A DNA stretch of 64,000 nt from an uncultured Chloroflexia bacterium (lineage in GTDB: Bacteria; Chloroflexota; Limnocylindria; Limnocylindrales; CSP1-4): NCBI GenBank assembly GCA_963766735.1, contig CAVYBU010000006.1:88929-152928 (forward strand), in the 5' to 3' direction. Positions 37,129 through 47,079 of this stretch are shown here, in pieces. A program made the translations under genes and the position numbers. The notes under the pieces were generated by a model. The model saw only the letters and a program-made list of their open reading frames with translations, ran no database searches and was not told the DNA's origin. How positions within the stretch are numbered: position 1 is the stretch's first letter; each line of letters opens with the position of its first letter.

Positions 37129-37767
37129 TCAGACCTCGGCGGCCGGTTCCGCTTCGGGCTCGACGACCGGCTCCTCGCCGAGGGCCACGACGACCTCCTC
37201 GACGATCTCCTCGCGCGGCTCCAGCACCCGGGCGATCACATCGGCGGGATCGGCCAGGATCGTCACGCCTTCGGGCACGGCCAGGTCGGCGACGGTGATC
37301 GTGTCGTCATAGGTCGCCAGCGACCCGAGGTCGTAGTGGATCGACTCCGGCAGGTTGGCCGGCAGCGCCCGCGCCTTGATCATGGAGACGGGGTGCACGA
37401 GCGAGCCGCCCTGGGCGGCTGCCGGTGCGGCACCCTCTGCCACGAGCTGGACCTCGACCGTGAGTTCCTCGGTCATCCGGACCACGAACAGGTCCACGTG
37501 GAGCGGCCGCCTGGTGAGCGGATGGATCTGGATGCCCTGGAGCAGGACCGGGCGAGCGTCGCCACCATCCACCGAGAGGTCGACGAGCGTGGAGCGCCCG
37601 GTCCGGCGGCGCAGCTGGTCGAAGGCGTGGGCGTCGATCATCACGGACTCGCTTTCCGTGCCATGACCGAACACGACAGCCGGCAGGCGTCCCTCCTTGC
37701 GGAGTCGGGCGACCTTCTTGCCGGTGATGGTGCGGCGCTCCGCCGCGAGACGGGGACGATCGGCCAT
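37129..37767 (-). CDS. rplY: 50S ribosomal protein L25 / general stress protein Ctc
   Basis: RRTITGKKVARLRKEGRLPAVVFGHG...IQIHPLTRRPLHVDL and an acidic C-terminal tail. Confidence 0.85.
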   Translation of the reverse strand: MADRPRLAAERRTITGKKVARLRKEGRLPAVVFGHGTESESVMIDAHAFDQLRRRTGRSTLVDLSVDGGDARPVLLQGIQIHPLTRRPLHVDLFVVRMTEELTVEVQLVAEGAAPAAAQGGSLVHPVSMIKARALPANLPESIHYDLGSLATYDDTITVADLAVPEGVTILADPADVIARVLEPREEIVEEVVVALGEEPVVEPEAEPAAEV

Positions 37768-38000
37768 TGATGCGAGCCTCCAGCTCTGTCGGCATCCGGA
37801 CGGGGTCTGGCATCCGGTCCGGCGGCGCCCGGGGCGAGCAGTAGCCCGGGGCGAGCGGGCCTCCGGCCCGTGCATATCGCTGCCGAGGCTATCACGAGCG
37901 TCCACGGCGGTACGTCCGCGGCCCCGTCCGGGGTCGCGGGACCCGCTGCGCTGCACCCATCGCCCACCCCGGCGGCCTCCCGGTGTAGGATCGCCGAGCC

Positions 38001-38699
38001 GTGGCAGCCACCATCCTGATCGTCGAAGACGAGTTCGCCGTTGCGCGTGGGATCCAGTACGCCCTCCAGCAGGAAGGGTACGAGGTCACCGTCGCGCGGT
38101 CGGGCGAGGAGGGGCTGGACTTCGCCACCAACCAGGCCCCCGATCTCATCGTCCTGGACGTCCGCCTCCCGGGCATCGACGGCTTCGAGGTGCTGCGCCG
38201 CCTCCGCGCCGTCGGCTCCAAGGCGCCGGTCCTGTTCCTCACCGCCCGCGGCGACGAGTTCGACAAGGTGGTCGGCCTCGAGCTGGGCGCCGACGACTAC
38301 GTCACCAAGCCGTTCGCCCTCCGGGAGCTGATGAGCCGCATCCGGGCCCTGCTGCGCCGCGCGTACGGGGACCTGGCCAACGCCGCCGGCGGGCGGGTGA
38401 TCCGCCACGAGGACCTCGTCATCGATCTCGAGCGCCGGCGCGTCCAGCGCGGCAACCGGCGCATCGCCCTGACGGCGACCGAGTTCGAGATCCTCCGCCA
38501 CCTGGCCAGCCGCCCGGGGCGGGTGTTCACCCGTCGGGAGCTGCTGGAGCTGCTGCGCGACTACGACGCCCTGGACCAGGACGAGAAGACGATCAACGTC
38601 CACGTCAGCCACCTGCGCGAGAAGATCGAGGACGATCCCTCGCTGCCCCACTTCGTGCTGACGGTCCGGGGTGCGGGCTACCAGTTCGCCGAGCGCTGA
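38001..38699 (+). CDS. OmpR-family response regulator
   Basis: ILIVEDE...DLIVLDVRLPGIDG receiver domain and a winged-helix C-terminus (VHVSHLREKIE). Confidence 0.9.
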   Translation: MAATILIVEDEFAVARGIQYALQQEGYEVTVARSGEEGLDFATNQAPDLIVLDVRLPGIDGFEVLRRLRAVGSKAPVLFLTARGDEFDKVVGLELGADDYVTKPFALRELMSRIRALLRRAYGDLANAAGGRVIRHEDLVIDLERRRVQRGNRRIALTATEFEILRHLASRPGRVFTRRELLELLRDYDALDQDEKTINVHVSHLREKIEDDPSLPHFVLTVRGAGYQFAER

Positions 38700-38700
38700 C

Positions 38701-40443
38701 ATGGGCGATCCCCGCCCGCCCCGGGGCCGCCGCGACCCGCGGCCGCCGCTCCGCCCGACGGTCCCGAGGTCGTTCCAGACCCGGTTGACCATCGCGTTCA
38801 TGGGCGTCGTCGCCCTGACCCTCGCGCTGGTGGCACCGGTGGTGATCAACCGCCTCGACGACTACTTCCGGATCCAGGAGGAACAGAGCCTCCGCGCGCA
38901 GGCCGCGGCCACCGCGGCCATCCTCGACCGGTTCATCTCGGAGTCGGTCGGTACCAATGGCGTGGTAGCGGTCGTGGACGGCACACTCCAGCTGAACCCC
39001 GCCGTCGAGGCGGCGCTGATCGGAGGCGACCTCCTGGCGCTCGCCGCCCAGAACATCGCCCACGCCGACGTCCAGCTGCGGTTCGGGCTCGCCCAACCGG
39101 ACACGGACGGGATCCTCGTGCCCAATCCCGAAGCCAACCTGGGCTTCGACATGCCGCTGGACACGGAGCCCGCGAGAGGCCAGGTGCGAGATCCGGCGAT
39201 CGCCCCGGCTCGCTCCGACGTTGCCCATACAAACGCGGTGCAGGACTGGGGCATGAGCGTGACGCTCTCCAACCCCTATACCAGCCGCGCCACGACGCTG
39301 GCGGCCGTCACCGGCCTGCTGTTGGTCATGGCATCGGTCGCGTTCATGATCGCCGTGCTGGTGGCCGCGTTCATCGCCCACCGCTTCACCACGCCGATCA
39401 CGCGCCTCACCGAGGCCTCCCGACGGCTCGCCGAGGGCGACTTCACGTCACGCGTCGCCACCGACGAGCTCTCCTCCGGGACGCTCGAGCTGCGCGCCCT
39501 GTCGACGCAGTTCAACATGATGGCCGACCAGCTCGAGGAGAGCGTGTCCATCATCCGTCGGGACCGGGACCGGGGCCGGGACTTCCTGGCGGATGTCAGC
39601 CACGAGCTGCGCACGCCAATCGCCGCGATGCGCACGTTTGTCGAGCTGCTCCAGGGCCCGGCGGGAACGGATCCGGCGGCGCGGACGGAGTTCCTCGACT
39701 CCTCGGCCGTCCAGTTGGACCGGCTCGACTGGATGGCCCAGAACCTCCTGGAGCTGTCCAAGCTCGACTCGGGGCTGGTGTTGCTCGACCTGCGGCCGGA
39801 CGACGTGCGCGGGACGATCGAGTCCGCGGTCGAGCAGCAGCTGGCAGCAGCCGAGCGCAAGGGAATCGCCCTGACCTCGACCCTCCCCGATCACCCCCTC
39901 CGGATCCACCACGATGCGCCCAGGATCGGCCAGGTGGTCACCAACCTCGTCGGCAACGCCCTCAAGTTCACCAGGCGAGGCGGCGAGGTGCGGGTGTCGG
40001 CGCGCCTCGACGGCGAAGGCGGGGCGCGGATCGAGGTTGCCGACACGGGGGTCGGCATCAGTCCGGGCGAGCTTCCCCAGATCTTCGATCGCTTCTACCG
40101 TGGCGCGGAAGCGAACGAGGCACGGAGCACGGGCTCCGGCCTCGGCCTGGCCATCGTCAAGTCCATCGTGGACATGCACCACGGGACGATCGAGGTGGAG
40201 AGTCGCGTCGGGTCGGGCACCCGGTTCACGGTGGCGCTGCCGCGCGACCCGCGCCAGACCCTCGACCCGCGCGAGACCGACGGTCCGGAACTCGCCGGAG
40301 CCGAACCGGCGCGGAAGGTGGACAATTCTTCACCAACTGACGCCCCGGTGCTGAACCCCGCTCCGGCACCCTTGACCCCGTCCCCAGGCCGACCCGACCC
40401 CGATCAGCCCCCCGTCACGCATGGAAGCCCATCCTCCACATGA
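38701..40443 (+). CDS. Sensor histidine kinase (HAMP, HisKA, HATPase)
   Basis: SHELRTPIAA H-box and ATPase N/G boxes (GGEVRVSA, DTGVGI, GSGLGLAIV). Confidence 0.9.
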   Translation: MGDPRPPRGRRDPRPPLRPTVPRSFQTRLTIAFMGVVALTLALVAPVVINRLDDYFRIQEEQSLRAQAAATAAILDRFISESVGTNGVVAVVDGTLQLNPAVEAALIGGDLLALAAQNIAHADVQLRFGLAQPDTDGILVPNPEANLGFDMPLDTEPARGQVRDPAIAPARSDVAHTNAVQDWGMSVTLSNPYTSRATTLAAVTGLLLVMASVAFMIAVLVAAFIAHRFTTPITRLTEASRRLAEGDFTSRVATDELSSGTLELRALSTQFNMMADQLEESVSIIRRDRDRGRDFLADVSHELRTPIAAMRTFVELLQGPAGTDPAARTEFLDSSAVQLDRLDWMAQNLLELSKLDSGLVLLDLRPDDVRGTIESAVEQQLAAAERKGIALTSTLPDHPLRIHHDAPRIGQVVTNLVGNALKFTRRGGEVRVSARLDGEGGARIEVADTGVGISPGELPQIFDRFYRGAEANEARSTGSGLGLAIVKSIVDMHHGTIEVESRVGSGTRFTVALPRDPRQTLDPRETDGPELAGAEPARKVDNSSPTDAPVLNPAPAPLTPSPGRPDPDQPPVTHGSPSST

Positions 40444-41939
40444 ACGACGACCAGGACCCGACCCCCCGGGAGGGCGCCGGCGACGCCGGCGCCCTCGAAG
40501 ACACGCAGCCCATCGAGGTTGAGCGCTACGCGCCTGCACCCGATCCGCGGCCCGACGACCGCTGGGCCTGGGCGTCCCCCTCGACCGGCGCGGCGGGGGG
40601 CGCGGCCCCGGGGTCGGCGGGTGACCACTGGTATGAGCCGGCCCCGGCCGAGCCCGTCCCCGCCTCGGGCACCGCCTTCGCGTCGGATCACGTCCCCGGC
40701 GGCCAGGACACCTCCCCCTGGGCAAGGCCGGCGGAGCCCGTCCCGGGCCCGTTCGCCCCGCCGCCGTCGTACGGCACGCCTGCGCCCGCCCCCACCGGAC
40801 CGGCTCACCGCCGCGGTGGTGCGGGCATCGGCAGCATCGTGGTGGCCTCCGTGCTGTCCGCAGTGCTGGCATCCGGCGGCACGGTCCTGATCCTGGACCG
40901 CGCCGGAGCACTGGACCATCCGGTGGTCGTCACGAATGCGGGAACTGTCCAGCAGACCGCCAGCCAGCAGCCGGTCACGATCGACGAGTCGTCCGCCGTC
41001 ATCGACGCAGCGGCGAAGGTCGGCCCGGCCGTGGTCAAGATCAACGTTGCGGGCCAGTCCACCGATCCGTTCGGGTCCGTGCCCACCGAGGGCATCGGGT
41101 CCGGCTTCATCTACGACGCATCGGGCTGGATCCTCACCAACCGTCACGTCATCACGGGCGCCGACACCCTTGTGGTGGAGCTCAAGGATGGCCGTCGTTT
41201 CGACGGCACGGTCTACGGCATCGACACCCTGACCGATCTCGCGATCGTCAAGGTGGACGCCACCGGTCTGCCCACGGCCCCGGTCGGCCGGTCCGACGGC
41301 CTCAAGATCGGCCAGCTCGTCGTCGCGATCGGCAGCCCTCTCGGCCTGTACTCCTTCTCGGTCACGAGCGGGATCGTCTCGGGCAAGGGCCGTGATATCC
41401 GGGTGGAGGACGGGAAGACCCAGATCTCCAACCTGATCCAGACCGACGCGGCCATCAACCCCGGCAACTCGGGTGGCCCGCTGGTGGACGGCTCCGGCGC
41501 CGTGGTCGGAGTCAACACGGCCGTCGCAACCGACTCGAGCGGCATCGGCTTCGCCATCCCGATCGACATCGCCCGGCCGATCATGGAGCAGGCGGTCCGC
41601 GGCGAGGCGCTGTCCCGGCCCTGGATCGGCATCCGGTTCCAGCCCATCGACCTCCAGGTCAAGGAGGACCTTGGCCTGAGCGTGGAGGCGGGCGCGCTGG
41701 TCACCACCAGCGGCGGTTCGGATCCCGCGGTGGTGGACGGCAGCCCGGCGGCACAGGCGGGCATCGAGGACGGCGACATCATCGTGGCCATCAACGGGAT
41801 CGGGATCGACCCGGAGCACCCGCTCAATGTCCTGCTGACCCAGTTCTCGCCGAGCGAGACGGTCGAGCTGGACATCCTGCGTGCCGGCGCCCCGATGAAG
41901 GTCAACGTCACGCTCGGAACCCGCCCGGCCAACCTCTAG
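40440..41939 (+). CDS. htrA: HtrA/DegP-family serine protease with a PDZ domain
   Basis: GSGFIYDASGWILTNRHV, TDAAINPGNSGGPL and a PDZ domain; ATGA overlap with the kinase. Confidence 0.9.
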   Translation: MNDDQDPTPREGAGDAGALEDTQPIEVERYAPAPDPRPDDRWAWASPSTGAAGGAAPGSAGDHWYEPAPAEPVPASGTAFASDHVPGGQDTSPWARPAEPVPGPFAPPPSYGTPAPAPTGPAHRRGGAGIGSIVVASVLSAVLASGGTVLILDRAGALDHPVVVTNAGTVQQTASQQPVTIDESSAVIDAAAKVGPAVVKINVAGQSTDPFGSVPTEGIGSGFIYDASGWILTNRHVITGADTLVVELKDGRRFDGTVYGIDTLTDLAIVKVDATGLPTAPVGRSDGLKIGQLVVAIGSPLGLYSFSVTSGIVSGKGRDIRVEDGKTQISNLIQTDAAINPGNSGGPLVDGSGAVVGVNTAVATDSSGIGFAIPIDIARPIMEQAVRGEALSRPWIGIRFQPIDLQVKEDLGLSVEAGALVTTSGGSDPAVVDGSPAAQAGIEDGDIIVAINGIGIDPEHPLNVLLTQFSPSETVELDILRAGAPMKVNVTLGTRPANL

Positions 41940-41972
41940 CCGGGTCCGCGTCCTTCGAAGAACCTGCCAGGG

Positions 41973-42338
41973 TCAGCTCGTTCGGCGGCGGTGGATCTCC
42001 ACGCCCGCGCTCCGGAACGGCCCCGAGAGTGTCACGGCGGGCTTGCGGATGCGCACGGTCACCTCGTCGGCCGGGTAGTTGGCCAGGAGCTCATGGGCGA
42101 TCGCCTCCGCCAGCGCCTCGATCAGGTTGAAGCGGGTCGACTCCACGATCTGGCGGCAGGCGTCGTACACGGCCGCGTAGTCGATCGTCTGCGCGAGATC
42201 GTCGCTCAGACCGGCGGGCTGCAGGTTCAGCGCCAGGTCCACGTCAACCTCGAAGGGCTGCGGACTGGCCTGCTCCTCGGGGAACACGCCGTGCGTGCCC
42301 CGGAGGACCATCGCCTCGAGATAGATCCTGTCGCTCAC
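41973..42338 (-). CDS. folB: Dihydroneopterin aldolase
   Basis: DRIYLEAMVLRGTHGVFPEEQ...QPFEVDVDL. Confidence 0.8.
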   Translation of the reverse strand: MSDRIYLEAMVLRGTHGVFPEEQASPQPFEVDVDLALNLQPAGLSDDLAQTIDYAAVYDACRQIVESTRFNLIEALAEAIAHELLANYPADEVTVRIRKPAVTLSGPFRSAGVEIHRRRTS

Positions 42339-43321
42339 GTGCCCGTCCCATCTGGCCACCCGGCAGGCCGCCACCCCCGAAGGATCGCATCCGCGATCCT
42401 CGCCGTGCGGACGTTCTCGCGCACGTCGTGGACCCGGACCACGTCGACACCCGCCGCGATGCCCAGCGCCGTGGTTGCAGCGGTGGCCTCCACGCGCTCT
42501 GTCGGGGGCAGGTCCAGCACCTTGCCGAGAGTGGACTTGCGCGAGGTTCCCAGCAGGACCGGGCGGCCCAGCACCCGTAGCGAACCCAGATCCCGGAGCA
42601 GCGCGAGGTTGTGGTCCGGGGTCTTGCCGAAGCCGAAACCTGGATCCAGGATGAGCTGGTCCCAGGCCACCCCGGCATCCAGGGCCCGCTCCAGCGCCCG
42701 TTGCAGGTCCGCCACGACCTCCGACACCAGGTTGCGATAGCGGGCCTCCGCCCGGTTGTGCATGAGCACGATCGGGACCGCCCTCTCGGCGGCCAGGCGG
42801 ACCATCCCCGGGTCGTCGGCCACGCCCCAGATGTCGTTGAGCAGGTGCGCTCCGGCGTCCAGGGCGGCGGCTGCCACGGTCGGGCTGGTGGTGTCGACGG
42901 AGAGCGGCATCCCGGGGAGCGCGGCGGCGACCGCCCGGATCACGGGCACGACACGCCCCGACTCCGCCTCCACATCGATTGGAGCGTGGCCAGGCCGGCT
43001 GGACGCGCCTCCGATGTCGAGCAGGTCGGCTCCCTCATCGGCCATCCGTCGGGCCTGGTCAACCGCCGCTGCGACCGGGTCACCAGCGGCGAGCAGCCCG
43101 TCGCCGGAGAACGAGTCCGGCGTGACGTTGAGGACGCCCATCACGAACGTCCGATCACCCCAGGCGAAGGTGGCAGGCCCGATCGCCAGCGGCTGTGGCG
43201 ACCCCGGCAGACCGGGACCGGCGCCTTCCGGCAACCCGTACGAGGGAGTGGCCGCACCACCGCCCTCCTCGGGCCGCTCGTGGATGACGCCACCCTCCCC
43301 GGGGAGCCGTCGATCGCTCAT
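42335..43321 (-). CDS. folP: Dihydropteroate synthase with an N-terminal extension of about 60 aa
   Basis: VMGVLNVTPDSFSGDG...DIGGASSRPG...MHNR pterin-binding motifs. Confidence 0.85.
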   Translation of the reverse strand: MSDRRLPGEGGVIHERPEEGGGAATPSYGLPEGAGPGLPGSPQPLAIGPATFAWGDRTFVMGVLNVTPDSFSGDGLLAAGDPVAAAVDQARRMADEGADLLDIGGASSRPGHAPIDVEAESGRVVPVIRAVAAALPGMPLSVDTTSPTVAAAALDAGAHLLNDIWGVADDPGMVRLAAERAVPIVLMHNRAEARYRNLVSEVVADLQRALERALDAGVAWDQLILDPGFGFGKTPDHNLALLRDLGSLRVLGRPVLLGTSRKSTLGKVLDLPPTERVEATAATTALGIAAGVDVVRVHDVRENVRTARIADAILRGWRPAGWPDGTGT

Positions 43322-44718
43322 GCGGGCACCGGGTCCCGGAGCCCCGGATCATCCACGAGTCGGGTTCGCACGGCACCAACCAGGTACAGCGAGCCCGCCA
43401 CGACCACCGGTCCCTCCGCCCGGGCGAGGGCGCGATCCAGCGCGGCACCCGGGTCCGGTGCGGTCAACACCGTGCCGCCGGGCAACGCTGCACGCCACGC
43501 GGCGGCAAGATCCGCGGGTGCCATCGCCCGTGGCAGGTCCACAGCGGTGCAGACGACAGTCGCACCGGCAAGGGCGTCCGATCGGGCGGCGGCGGCGACG
43601 GTGCCGGGGACGTCCTTGTCCACCATCGCCGCCCAGACGAGCGTGAGGGGAACCGGCGGGGTGACGTCGCCCCCGGCGAGGTGGGGGCGCAGGTCGTCCA
43701 GGGCCGTCGCGAGGGCGGCGGCCCCGTCCGGATTGTGTGCGCCATCGAGGAGGACCTCCCGTCGGCCGCGCCCCGGCACGGGAGCCTCGAGCAACTCCAG
43801 CCGACCTGGCCAGGATGCGGTCGCATAGCCCTCCCGTCGCGCCGCATCCGGCACCGTCACCATCCCGGCGGCCTCGAGCGCGTCGAGCAGCGCGTCCGCA
43901 ATCGCGACGTTGGCGGCCTGGTGGCGGCCCCGGAGCCCCACCGCGGTGGCACCCAGCCGCGGCAGGTCCACCGTGAGCGCGTCGCGCGTCCACCCAAGCA
44001 CGGGCGGCGGCGGGGCAACGGCCAGCGGGACGCCAAGCCGGGTGCAGCGGCGGCGTACGATCGCGAGCGCCTCGCCGGAGGTGCCTGTCACGGCACGGTC
44101 GCCGCGCATCACGATGGCGGCCTTCTCCCGGGCGATCGCCGGGACCGTGGCGCCCAGCCGGTCCGTGTGGTCCAGGCCGACGTTGGTGATCACGGCCACG
44201 CCGCCGTCCCACGCGTGGGTGGCGTCGAGGCGTCCGCCGAGACCGACCTCGACGAGCGCGACGTCCGGTCGCACCTCCGCGAAGCGGCGAAACATGATCG
44301 CGGTCAGCAGCTCGAACTCGGTCGGCTGGCCCAGGCGGCGCGCCACACGGTCGGCCAGGGGCAGGGCCTCCGTCACGAGGCGGCTGAAGTCCTCGGCCGC
44401 GATCGGCTGCCCATCGACGACGATGCGCTCCCGGTACGTGACAAGGTGAGGCTTGGGGGTTTCGCCGACGCGGTACCCGGCAGCTCGGAGTGCCGATCCG
44501 GCCAGCGCGATAACGCTCCCCTTGCCGTTGGTCCCGGCGACCAGCGCGCCACGCACGGCCAGCTGGGGATCACCCATGGCACGCAGGAGCGCGTTCGTCC
44601 GGCCAAGCCCCAGGCGAATGCCGAACCGCCCACGGGCCTCGATCGCCGCGAGGGCTTCCGCGTAGGTGAGGTCGCCGCTCGCAGCGGAGGGCGGCGGCTC
44701 GCGGCGGGGCACGTTCAC
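43318..44718 (-). CDS. folC: Dihydrofolate synthase / folylpolyglutamate synthase
   Basis: VAGTNGKGSV P-loop and Mur-ligase fold. The GTG start overlaps the upstream stop (GTGA). Confidence 0.85.
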   Translation of the reverse strand: MNVPRREPPPSAASGDLTYAEALAAIEARGRFGIRLGLGRTNALLRAMGDPQLAVRGALVAGTNGKGSVIALAGSALRAAGYRVGETPKPHLVTYRERIVVDGQPIAAEDFSRLVTEALPLADRVARRLGQPTEFELLTAIMFRRFAEVRPDVALVEVGLGGRLDATHAWDGGVAVITNVGLDHTDRLGATVPAIAREKAAIVMRGDRAVTGTSGEALAIVRRRCTRLGVPLAVAPPPPVLGWTRDALTVDLPRLGATAVGLRGRHQAANVAIADALLDALEAAGMVTVPDAARREGYATASWPGRLELLEAPVPGRGRREVLLDGAHNPDGAAALATALDDLRPHLAGGDVTPPVPLTLVWAAMVDKDVPGTVAAAARSDALAGATVVCTAVDLPRAMAPADLAAAWRAALPGGTVLTAPDPGAALDRALARAEGPVVVAGSLYLVGAVRTRLVDDPGLRDPVPA

Positions 44719-45005
44719 TCGCGGGTCAGCTCGTCCTCGTAGAAGACGCACTGGTTGAAGCGGGGCGTGAGGCACACGTCGTTGACGAAGCCGTCTTCGA
44801 GATGGACCCCGCCGCGCAACTGGCAGCGAGAGACGTTGTTCGGCTGGCGAAGCAGCCCCTTGAGCAGGTGCGGGGCCTGAATGGGGATCGCGCCACGGGA
44901 CCCGGTCATGTAGAAGTGCGGGCAGACGTTGCGCCGGAGGCTGGGGAGGCCGAACCCGCCGCGGATCGGCGGGGAGTACGGGCGGGCGGGCGCGGCGCCA
45001 CGCAT
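44715..45005 (-). CDS. Hypothetical small protein with four spaced Cys/His residues, translationally coupled to folC
   Basis: Conserved-looking C-terminal 96 aa (CPHFY...CQLRGG...CLTPRFNQCVFYEDE). The upstream part of the 330-aa ORF overlaps an opposite-strand gene and is rejected. Confidence 0.35.
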   Translation of the reverse strand: MRGAAPARPYSPPIRGGFGLPSLRRNVCPHFYMTGSRGAIPIQAPHLLKGLLRQPNNVSRCQLRGGVHLEDGFVNDVCLTPRFNQCVFYEDELTRE

Positions 45006-45306
45006 CGGATACCCGGGGTCCGGTGGCCGGCGGGCCGGCGGCATGCGCGGGGCAACCGGCTCGGGAGGCGCCGCTTCCTCGACCGGTGCCGCATGGCGCG
45101 TCTGCACGCGGGCGATCGGTCCGTGGCTCCAGGCGCTGCGGTCTCCCGGGCTCGGGCGCACCGGCCTGCGGTCTCGGGGCTCCACTCCATCCCTCTCTCC
45201 GTGACCCTCGGGGACGACGGGGCCACGTGGACGCAGCGTACCACCGGGTCCCACAACCGCACCGGGCGGCGCCGCCCACAATCCGGCGGGTCGGCTCCGT
45301 CGCTTC

Positions 45307-46533
45307 ATGCGACAATCCCGCCCGATGGATCCCCGCCAGGGTGGCCGACCGCCGCAGGTCCGCCCCCGTCCCTCGTCCAACGGCCGTCCGCGACGCGTGA
45401 AGGTTCGCCCTGTCGGTCCGTCGCCGACCCGCCTTGGGCGATACCGGCGCCTCGAGCGCCGCCGTGGGCTGCCGATCGTGGCCAAGGCCTTCCTCGTTGC
45501 CTCGATCGTGGTCATGGGCGGGTTCATCGTGTGGGCCGGGAGTGGCGGCGTGGGCCCGTTCCTTGCCTCCGTCGCGAGCGGGTTCGGCGGCTTCGTCGAG
45601 ACCGTGGGTGCGGCCGTCGGCAGCGCACCGCCGACCGCGGCCCCGATGACGAGCGACGCCCCCGCCATCACCATGCCCGAGCAGCCGTACACGAACGCGG
45701 AGACCATCGACGTGACCGTGACGGTCCCGGCCGCCGTCGCGGGCAGGACGGGCTACACCGTGCGGCTGTACGTGACCGTGCCCGACACGGCTCCGACGAT
45801 CCTTGCCCAGGAGCCCGTCGGAGCCACGTCCGTCCTGGTCATCCCGCATGTCACGCTCGCCAAGGGGCCCAACGACCTGCAGGCGTCCATCGTGGGGCCG
45901 GGCGGCGAGAGCGAGCTGTCGGCGGTCGTCTCCTGGGTTCGCGACAACGTCAAGCCCAAGGTCTCCGTGACATCGCCCAAGAGCGGCGCCTCCATCAAGA
46001 AGACCAAGACGGCCGTGAAGGGCAAGACCCAGGCCCTCAGCACGGTCCGCCTCAACAACAGCGTCAACGGGGCCACGACCACGGTCGCGGCCGACGAGGA
46101 CGGTCTGTGGGAGACCAGCATCGCGCTGGGCGACGGTCTCAACACCATCACCATCACCATCACCGACCCTGCTGGCAACGAGAACACCGGCACGCTGGAC
46201 GTGCGCCACGGATCCGGCGAGCTCCGCGCGGATCTCACGGGCAGCGCCTACCGCTTCAAGGCCTCGAAGCTGCCCACGCGAGTGACCTTCACCGTCACGG
46301 TCACCGACCCGGGTGGTCGCCGCCTCTCCGGAGCCACGGCGCTGTTCGCGGTGACCGTGCCCGGCCTCGAGCCGATCGTCTCGGGCCAGCTCCGCACGAA
46401 CGGTTCCGGGATCGCGACGTTCACGACGAACCTCCCGAAGGGCGTGGCCAAGGGCAGCGGCCTCGCTGTCGTGCAGGTGACCACGAAGGGTTACGGGACG
46501 ATCACCGACCGCCAGGTGCTCACCGTCGAATAG
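45307..46533 (+). CDS. Membrane-anchored protein with Ig-like (Big-type) beta-sandwich repeats
   Basis: Arg-rich cytoplasmic N-terminus, the TM helix IVAKAFLVASIVVMGGFIVWA, and repeated ...TVTVTD.../...TITITITDPAGN... beta-rich segments. Confidence 0.6.
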   Translation: MRQSRPMDPRQGGRPPQVRPRPSSNGRPRRVKVRPVGPSPTRLGRYRRLERRRGLPIVAKAFLVASIVVMGGFIVWAGSGGVGPFLASVASGFGGFVETVGAAVGSAPPTAAPMTSDAPAITMPEQPYTNAETIDVTVTVPAAVAGRTGYTVRLYVTVPDTAPTILAQEPVGATSVLVIPHVTLAKGPNDLQASIVGPGGESELSAVVSWVRDNVKPKVSVTSPKSGASIKKTKTAVKGKTQALSTVRLNNSVNGATTTVAADEDGLWETSIALGDGLNTITITITDPAGNENTGTLDVRHGSGELRADLTGSAYRFKASKLPTRVTFTVTVTDPGGRRLSGATALFAVTVPGLEPIVSGQLRTNGSGIATFTTNLPKGVAKGSGLAVVQVTTKGYGTITDRQVLTVE

Positions 46534-46593
46534 GCGTTCGATCCGGGGCAGAAACGCCTCGACAAAGGGCGAGGGCGCAGCTACGATCCCCGC

Positions 46594-47052
46594 ATGCCGC
46601 TCTGGCGCTGTCCCCACTGCGGGACCCCGCAGGTCGAGAGCTCGCGCTGCTGGGTCTGCCGGCGTTCGACCACGTCGTGCGCCGCGTGCCGCCACTTCCG
46701 CCGCGGCGTCGCGGGTGGGCTGGGCGTCTGCGGGCTCGACCCACGCCGCCTGGCGCTGCGGGGCTCCGAGATGCGAGCCTGCTGGGAGGCGGCCACCACC
46801 ACCGGCTCGCTCGGGCCCGTCGCCCCGAGGCCCGGAAGCCCCGAGATGATCCCGGTGATGGCCGCGGCCTCGTTCCCCGCCGACCGACCGGTTCGAACGT
46901 TCGTTCCGGTTGTCACGGGCGAACCGGCCGCGGACAGGCAGTTCGCTGGGTTCCCGGTCCAGGCCACGTTCGAGGATGAAACGCCCGTTCCGGCGGTCAG
47001 GCCGCGGCGGATCCCCGGCTACTGGTCGCTCTGGGGCGACTTCGAGCCCTAG
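46594..47052 (+). CDS. Putative zinc-ribbon protein (N-terminal CPHCG...CWVC...C..C..H)
   Basis: Cys-rich N-terminus and high GC3; weak RBS. Confidence 0.3.
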   Translation: MPLWRCPHCGTPQVESSRCWVCRRSTTSCAACRHFRRGVAGGLGVCGLDPRRLALRGSEMRACWEAATTTGSLGPVAPRPGSPEMIPVMAAASFPADRPVRTFVPVVTGEPAADRQFAGFPVQATFEDETPVPAVRPRRIPGYWSLWGDFEP

Positions 47053-47079
47053 GCTCAGTGTTGGCGGCGGGTGCTTCCG

